Below are positions 58,322 through 64,000 of a stretch of 64,000 nucleotides of DNA, in pieces. The translations under genes and the position numbers were made by a program. This stretch comes from an uncultured Bacilli bacterium (GTDB taxonomy: Bacteria; Bacillota_I; Bacilli_A; RFN20; CAG-826): assembly GCA_905236395.1 (NCBI GenBank), contig CAJOPR010000058.1, forward strand, positions 2,515 through 66,514, written 5' to 3'. How positions within the stretch are numbered: position 1 is the stretch's first letter; every line of letters starts with the position of its first letter. The notes under the pieces were generated by a model. The model ran no database searches. It had not been told where the DNA came from and was given only the letters and a program-made list of their open reading frames with translations.

Positions 58322-60376
58322 ATGGCTAAATATGATGCTAAACAAATTAGAAATATTATTATCTTAGGTCACCAGAGCTCTGGTAAAACCACTTTAGTGG
58401 AATCTCTCGCTTTAGGTTGTGGCCTTATTTCCCAAAAGGGTGAAGTCGAAAGAAAAAATACCTTGTCAGACTATTCCCCAGATGAACAAAAACGTGGTGC
58501 CTCTATTCAGACAGCGGTCATCCCAATGTTCTATAAAGATCACAAGATCAATATTATTGATGTTCCTGGTAATGATGACTTCATTTCTGAAGTTATCGGT
58601 ATTGCTGGTGTCGTTAAAGGTGCTGTCTTAGTAGTGGATGCTTCCGTCGGTGTCCAAGTCGGTACAGTGAAACACTGGAACACCTTAAGAAAGAAAGGCA
58701 TTCCTACCTTCATCTTTGTTAACAAGATGGATAAAGAACAAGTTAACTTCGAAGAAGTTTTAGAAGAAATCAGAGAAAAACTTGGTAAGAACGCAATTCC
58801 ATTCTGCTACCCATTAGGCCATGAAAAAGGCTTTGATGGATTTGCAAACGTCGTTGACTTAAAAGCTCATAAGTTTGATGGTAAGGGCGAAGTCGAAGCA
58901 GAAATCTACGAAGACAAGAAAGCCAAAGTCTTTGAACTCCATAACACAATCGTTGAAGAAGTCGCAAAGACAGATGATACCCTATTAGAAAAATTCTTTA
59001 ATGGTGAACAATTCACACCTAAAGAAATCCACGATTCTTTAAGAATTGGTGTCTTGAATGGCGAATTAGTCCCAGTTGTCGTTGGTAGTGCCACAAAGAA
59101 CATTGGTATTTCCACATTATTAGACATGTTCATCGATTACTTACCAAATCCATGTGATTTGAAACCATTAGAAGCTAAAGATGAAAATGGTAAAGAAGTC
59201 GTTAGAGTCACTAGTGATAGTGAACCATTCTCCGCTTATGTGTTTAAGACAGTTGTCGATCCATATTCAGGCGTTATCAATATTATTAAAGTGTGCTCAG
59301 GTGTATTGCACGTCGGTGATGACGTGTATGTGAATGGTGCAACACAAAGAGTTAGCATGCTTTATAGCATGACCGGTAAGAAACTTGACGCCATTACCGA
59401 ATTAGGCGCTGGTGATATCGGTGCGGTTACACGTTTAGAGAAAGTTGCTTCTGGTGACACATTATCTTCTCCAAAAGCGATTACCATCTATAAACCAGTT
59501 AAATATCCAACTGCCGTTATCTTTAAAGCTATCGTTTTAGCCAATAAGAACGACGAAAGTAAGATCGGCCCAGCATTAGCTAAGATGCAACTCGAAGATC
59601 CATGTATCGAAGTAAAACGTAATAATGAAACAAAACAATTATTACTTGGTGGTGTTTCATCCTCACATATTGACTTCGTCATTGAAAAACTCAAAGGCGT
59701 TTATAAGGTTGATGTCACAACCGAACCAATGAAGATTGTCTATCGTGAATCTATCAAGAAGACCGCTGAAGGTGATGGTAGATATGTCAAACAATCCGGT
59801 GGTAGTGGTTTCTATGGTGTCGTTAAGATGAGATTCGAACCTGCTGAAGAAAGCGTCTTCGCAGAAGAAGTCTTCGGTGGTGCTGTTCCAAAGAACTACT
59901 TCCCAGCAGTTGAAAAAGGCTTCTTTGAAGCCCTCAATAGTGGCCCATTAGCGGGATTCCCAGTTATTGGTGTTAAAGGTGTATTAGTCGATGGTAAATA
60001 TCACCCAGTCGATAGTAACGAACAAGCCTTCAAGATGGCTGGTATCTTAGCCTTCAAAGATGCATATCCAAAATGCTCTCCAATTATTCTCGAACCAATT
60101 ATGAGAATTAAAGTTCATATTGAATCTAGATTCACTGGTGACGTCTTAAGTGACTTAAATACCAGAAGAGCGAGAATTCAAAACATTGAAGAAAAAGATC
60201 ATGGTAATCAAGAGATTGAAGCTCTCATTCCAGAAGCGGAAATCATTGACTACGCAACACAGCTTAAATCCATTACACAAGCTAGTGGCTTCTTCAACAG
60301 AGAATTCGTCGCATATGAAGAAGTTCCTGAATACTTGAAAGATAAAGTTATTAAGGAAAATAAGATTTCTCAATAA
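58322..60376 (+). CDS. EF-G-like translational GTPase paralog with DVPGNDDF (catalytic His replaced by Asn)
   Basis: G1 GHQSSGKTT, G3 DVPGNDDF, G4 NKMDK, G5 GSATKN. EF-G domain II-V-like C-terminal regions. Confidence 0.7.
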   Translation: MAKYDAKQIRNIIILGHQSSGKTTLVESLALGCGLISQKGEVERKNTLSDYSPDEQKRGASIQTAVIPMFYKDHKINIIDVPGNDDFISEVIGIAGVVKGAVLVVDASVGVQVGTVKHWNTLRKKGIPTFIFVNKMDKEQVNFEEVLEEIREKLGKNAIPFCYPLGHEKGFDGFANVVDLKAHKFDGKGEVEAEIYEDKKAKVFELHNTIVEEVAKTDDTLLEKFFNGEQFTPKEIHDSLRIGVLNGELVPVVVGSATKNIGISTLLDMFIDYLPNPCDLKPLEAKDENGKEVVRVTSDSEPFSAYVFKTVVDPYSGVINIIKVCSGVLHVGDDVYVNGATQRVSMLYSMTGKKLDAITELGAGDIGAVTRLEKVASGDTLSSPKAITIYKPVKYPTAVIFKAIVLANKNDESKIGPALAKMQLEDPCIEVKRNNETKQLLLGGVSSSHIDFVIEKLKGVYKVDVTTEPMKIVYRESIKKTAEGDGRYVKQSGGSGFYGVVKMRFEPAEESVFAEEVFGGAVPKNYFPAVEKGFFEALNSGPLAGFPVIGVKGVLVDGKYHPVDSNEQAFKMAGILAFKDAYPKCSPIILEPIMRIKVHIESRFTGDVLSDLNTRRARIQNIEEKDHGNQEIEALIPEAEIIDYATQLKSITQASGFFNREFVAYEEVPEYLKDKVIKENKISQ

Positions 60377-60384
60377 TAGAACAA

Positions 60385-60410
60385 GGCATCACTTCGGTGA
60401 TGCTTTTTCT
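60385..60410 (+). terminator. Terminator (gcatcac-ttcg-gtgatgc + T5)
   Basis: Perfect stem-loop. Confidence 0.75.
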
Positions 60411-60438
60411 TACCCTAGAAGTGTGATATATTTTCGTT

Positions 60439-60966
60439 ATGAAACATGTTTTTCACTTTGAAGATAAGTATTACACATTTACCTATACCGACCACAAAAG
60501 AGTAGTGGTTCGTGCAGTTTTACTTAACGAGAAAAATGAAGTCGCTATGCTCCATGTTGTCAGTGATGACAAGTTTGGACATCGCGATTGTTTAGAGCTC
60601 CCTGGGGGAGGCAAAAAGAAGGATGAAGGTTTCCATCAAGGCGTCTTAAGAGAAATCGCTGAGGAGACCGGTTTTCAGGCAAAAATCGTCAAATTCCTTG
60701 CAAAAGTTGATGATTTTTACAATTTAATCCATCGTAATAACCTTAATTATTATTATCTATGTATGGTTGATGGATATGTCGGCGAACACAAAGAAGAATA
60801 CGAAAAACGTGTTATCCAAGAACTATTATTCTTAGATATTGATGAGGCTATTAAAAGGCTTAAAGCAGTCCAAGATGATGGAGTGGGTTTACTCATCAAA
60901 CAGAGAGAATTACCGATATTAGAATTAGCAAAGGGGTACATTTATGAACATCCTATTAACAAATGA
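60439..60966 (+). CDS. NUDIX hydrolase
   Basis: Nudix box GGGKKKDEGFHQGVLREIAEETGF. Confidence 0.7.
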   Translation: MKHVFHFEDKYYTFTYTDHKRVVVRAVLLNEKNEVAMLHVVSDDKFGHRDCLELPGGGKKKDEGFHQGVLREIAEETGFQAKIVKFLAKVDDFYNLIHRNNLNYYYLCMVDGYVGEHKEEYEKRVIQELLFLDIDEAIKRLKAVQDDGVGLLIKQRELPILELAKGYIYEHPINK

Positions 60967-61657
60967 TGATGGCTATAATTCAGAAGGCATAAAAATTCTA
61001 AAAAAGAAACTAGAAAAATATGGCAATGTTTTAATCGTCGCTCCTGATTCTCCAAGAAGTGGATGCTCCGCTGCAGTAACAATTTTAGAACCTCTCCAAT
61101 TAGAGAAAGTGGAAGAGAATGTTTATAAATGTTCTGGTACACCTGTGGATTGTGTTTCTATGGGTTTAACTTGTTTTAATATGGACTTTGACCTAGTGGT
61201 TTCTGGTTGCAATAACGGATATAACATCTCTTATGACACGATGTATAGCGGCACTGTCGGTGCTTGTTTAGAAGCCGTTATGCTCAGAAAGAAAGCTTTC
61301 GCTGTTTCTGCGAAACATGGCACAGATTTTAGTGAAGTTGATGAGTATTTTGACCAAGTCTGGGAGTATATTCATAAGCATGGTTTATTAAGTGATAAAT
61401 ACTTTCTAAATATTAATTTTCCAAGAGATGCGGTAAAAGGAATACAGATCGGATCACTTTATTACCGCAAAGATGAGAACTATTTCATACATGATAAATT
61501 TGGTTATCATGCCTATCGTAGATTACAAGAAAACTTTGATGACGATAAAGGTAGCGATTGTTACTTATTTGAACATGGAATCATCTCTATCGTTCCGATG
61601 TCTAGAACCTACTATAACCCCGCTATAAAAGATAGATTAGTTCAAAAAATAAAATAA
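60944..61657 (+). CDS. surE: 5'/3'-nucleotidase SurE
   Basis: N-terminal NILLTNDDGYNSEGI. Confidence 0.8.
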   Translation: MNILLTNDDGYNSEGIKILKKKLEKYGNVLIVAPDSPRSGCSAAVTILEPLQLEKVEENVYKCSGTPVDCVSMGLTCFNMDFDLVVSGCNNGYNISYDTMYSGTVGACLEAVMLRKKAFAVSAKHGTDFSEVDEYFDQVWEYIHKHGLLSDKYFLNINFPRDAVKGIQIGSLYYRKDENYFIHDKFGYHAYRRLQENFDDDKGSDCYLFEHGIISIVPMSRTYYNPAIKDRLVQKIK

Positions 61658-61693
61658 ATTTTAAGGAATAATGATATTTTTGTTGACTATTAA

Positions 61694-61736
61694 GTTAGTT
61701 ATGACTAACATATTGTAAGGTTAGTTGCTACTAACC
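61694..61736. promoter_or_regulatory. Two inverted repeats (GTTAGT-N4-ACTAAC and GGTTAGT-N4-ACTAACC) spanning the feoA promoter and RBS, with DtxR/IdeR-like half-sites
   Basis: Both repeats are perfect. -35 TTGACT at 61683-61688. The half-site GGTTAG/CTAACC matches the IdeR/DtxR consensus halves. Confidence 0.5.
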
Positions 61737-61751
61737 AAAGGAGGAAGTACT

Positions 61752-61964
61752 ATGCCAATTATGCTTGCACCATTAAACGAAGAAGTGAGAGTAATTAGAA
61801 TTCTCGCTGATGAGAAATTGAAAAAACATTTAGAAAGCTTAGGCATTTTACCTAACTCTGTTTTAACTGTCCTTTCCACAGTGAATGGCGGTGTGGTTGT
61901 AGCAATTAAAAACGGACGTCTCGCACTCGATCATGAGATTGCGAGCAAAATACTAGTAGCGTAG
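61752..61964 (+). CDS. feoA: FeoA domain protein
   Basis: SH3-like FeoA pattern. ATG with RBS aaaggagg; the supplied ORF track starts at a TTG 27 nt upstream. Confidence 0.65.
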   Translation: MPIMLAPLNEEVRVIRILADEKLKKHLESLGILPNSVLTVLSTVNGGVVVAIKNGRLALDHEIASKILVA

Positions 61965-61978
61965 AAAGGTAGGAAGTT

Positions 61979-62218
61979 ATGCTTAAAAAACTAGTGGAAT
62001 TTAAAGTAGGCGAGACTGGCCTCATTAAAAAGGTAGAAGGAGAAGGTCGTTTAAGAAGAAGACTCTTTGATATGGGTGTCACTCCTGGTGCGACTGTATA
62101 TCTTCGTAAAAAAGCCCCGCTTGGAGATCCTCTTGAAGTGACTCTAAGAGGATATGAGTTAACACTTCGTAAGAGCGAAGCTGAACTCGTTATTTTAGAA
62201 GTGGAGGATGAAAAGTAA
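61979..62218 (+). CDS. feoA: FeoA domain protein (second copy)
   Basis: VGETGLIKKV...LRRRLFDMGVTPGATV FeoA pattern. Confidence 0.7.
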   Translation: MLKKLVEFKVGETGLIKKVEGEGRLRRRLFDMGVTPGATVYLRKKAPLGDPLEVTLRGYELTLRKSEAELVILEVEDEK

Positions 62219-64000
62219 TGAAAAGATTTGCTTTAGCGGGCAATCCTAACTGTGGTAAAACCACGTTATTTAATTCCCTCACTGGTAGTACCGCACACGT
62301 TGGCAACTGGCCAGGTGTCACGGTGGAAAAGAAAGATGGTGTTTATAAGAAATTAGAAGAGCCAATTTCAATTATTGACCTTCCAGGTATTTATTCCTTA
62401 TCACCATATACAAACGAAGAAGTAATTTCTAGAAATTACATCTTAGATGAACATCCAGACGTTGTTATCAATATCGTGGATGCTACAAACTTAGAAAGAA
62501 ACCTCTATTTAACCACTCAATTATTAGAAATTAATGTCCCACTCGTGGTGGCATTAAATATGATTGATGTCTTAAATAAAGAAGGTAGCACTGTCGATGT
62601 GAAAGCCATCGAAGAAAAACTCGGTGTTCCTGTGGTTGCTGTCTCCGCTCTTAAGGAAGATAACTTAGATGAACTCATGAAGAGAGCGTATGAAGTTAGT
62701 AAAACCCCAAGAGAAGGGAAAACCATTATCACCAACAAAGACATTCTCCACTTAGTGGGTGATGTCAATATTGCCTTTAAAGGCAAAAAAGTTGAAAATC
62801 CTTTATTCCATGCGATTAAATTAGCGGAAAATGATGAGCTTGAAGTAGCCAGTCACCCAGATTTAGTCCCAATGGTGGATGAATTTAAAAAGACATTCAA
62901 CGACGAAACATTTGGTAATGACTTTGAAGCGGTCATCGCTGATAACAGATATCATTACATCTCTGACAATTTCCACACAGTGGTTAAATTATCTAAGGAG
63001 AAGGAAGAAGAAAAAGTTGAAGGCAAGGTCAAGATGTCTAAATCTGACAAGATTGATAAGGTCCTCACTCATAGAGTGTTTGGTCTATTAATCTTCGCTG
63101 TCATCTTATTCTTCGTCTTCCATTTAACATTCGCAGAAGACTTATTCTTCATCGGTAAGAGCGGATGCTTTGAAAGCGTTGCACCTTCATTTGCAGGATC
63201 AGCTTGGGAAGGCTTGTTCTGGCATGAAGGCGGCATCAATTCACCTGGTGTTATCTTATTTAATGCCTTCGATATGACCTTTGGTTGGTTTATCGAATTA
63301 GTGGGTGGATGGATGAGTGGCGTTCCTGAATGGCTCTCTGGCTTTGTCTGCGATGGTGTCCTCTCTGGCTTATTTGCCATCTTAGGATTCTTACCACAGA
63401 TCTTAGTGTTATTCTTATTCTTCGCCATTATGGAAGATACTGGATATATGGCTCGTGTAGCCTTTATCTTAGATAGAATCTTTAGAAAATTCGGTTTATC
63501 CGGACGTGCATTCATCCCAATGATTATGGGCTTTGGTTGTTCCGTTCCTGCGATGGTCAACACCCGTACGCTTGCGGATGATAAAGAAAGAACCGCAACA
63601 ATTAGAGTTATTCCATTCTTCTCTTGCGGTGCTAAATTACCTATTCTCACCGCGATTGCCGGTGGTATCGCGATGGCCTTTGGTTTCAAACATGTCGACT
63701 TAATTACCTACGGTATGTATGTCGTTGGTGTTGTCGCAGCGATCGTGTGTGTCTTATTAATGAGAAACACCACACAACGTGGTGATGCTGCTCCATTTAT
63801 TATGGAGTTACCAGAATATCACTGGCCACAATTCAAAGCCTTGATGATTCACTTATGGGATAAAGCTAAACACTTCGTGAAGAAAGCTTTCACCATTATC
63901 TTAGCCTCCACAATCATCATCTGGTTCTTATCTAACTTTGGATGGAACTGGTCATACTTAGGCACTATGGATGGATCAATCCTTCAATCATTAGGTCAAT
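62218..64000 (+). CDS. feoB: Ferrous iron transporter FeoB (N-terminal part; continues past the window end)
   Basis: G-domain GNPNCGKTTLFN and DLPGIYSL motifs, then a multi-TM domain. TAATG overlap with feoA2. Confidence 0.85.
   Translation, partial: MKRFALAGNPNCGKTTLFNSLTGSTAHVGNWPGVTVEKKDGVYKKLEEPISIIDLPGIYSLSPYTNEEVISRNYILDEHPDVVINIVDATNLERNLYLTTQLLEINVPLVVALNMIDVLNKEGSTVDVKAIEEKLGVPVVAVSALKEDNLDELMKRAYEVSKTPREGKTIITNKDILHLVGDVNIAFKGKKVENPLFHAIKLAENDELEVASHPDLVPMVDEFKKTFNDETFGNDFEAVIADNRYHYISDNFHTVVKLSKEKEEEKVEGKVKMSKSDKIDKVLTHRVFGLLIFAVILFFVFHLTFAEDLFFIGKSGCFESVAPSFAGSAWEGLFWHEGGINSPGVILFNAFDMTFGWFIELVGGWMSGVPEWLSGFVCDGVLSGLFAILGFLPQILVLFLFFAIMEDTGYMARVAFILDRIFRKFGLSGRAFIPMIMGFGCSVPAMVNTRTLADDKERTATIRVIPFFSCGAKLPILTAIAGGIAMAFGFKHVDLITYGMYVVGVVAAIVCVLLMRNTTQRGDAAPFIMELPEYHWPQFKALMIHLWDKAKHFVKKAFTIILASTIIIWFLSNFGWNWSYLGTMDGSILQSLGQ

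Noticed and set aside
62517-63689. Minus-strand ORFs of 89 and 206 aa from the six-frame track
   Set aside because: Completely embedded in feoB, which has strong G-domain and TM motifs on the + strand. Composition is typical of antisense artefacts.

Overview
This is a low-GC (about 30-35%) chromosomal window from a Firmicutes/Tenericutes-like organism, with Acholeplasma- or Erysipelotrichia-like features such as many Ser-rich lipoproteins and a reduced metabolism. It uses the standard genetic code: tRNA-Trp carries a CCA anticodon and TGG/TGA behave normally. The window is densely coding and mostly + strand, with typical Gram-positive RBSs and many clean rho-independent terminators.

Housekeeping content includes eno, acpP, gpmA, thyA-folA, tcdA, sdaA, plsC-degV, glmM, surE, feoAAB, a uracil-type permease, and tRNA-Asn/Glu/Trp/His.

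Accessory or unusual content:
- a compact Tad/type-IV-pilus-like locus (sigma/ArpU-like regulator, secreted protein, CpaF/VirB11-family ATPase, two TadB/C-like polytopic proteins, pseudopilin-like proteins and a 53-aa pilin candidate with a KG|Q class-III-like leader) between eno and acpP;
- a Fic protein with a non-canonical motif directly followed by an EF-G paralog whose catalytic His in DxPGH is replaced by Asn;
- a three-gene sensor module (degenerate pseudo-kinase, HisKA_3 kinase, LuxR-type regulator) with a conserved 20-nt motif repeated upstream of two genes;
- two HTH-enzyme fusions (HTH-TrpB and HTH_XRE-GlmM);
- a lipoprotein with GGN(E/Q/S) tandem repeats co-transcribed with a protein built from six 16-aa tandem repeats;
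- two promoter-terminator-bounded candidate small RNAs downstream of the tRNA pair;
- a Fur-family box and DtxR-like inverted-repeat operators at metal-homeostasis genes.

No CRISPR array, transposase or integrase was seen.
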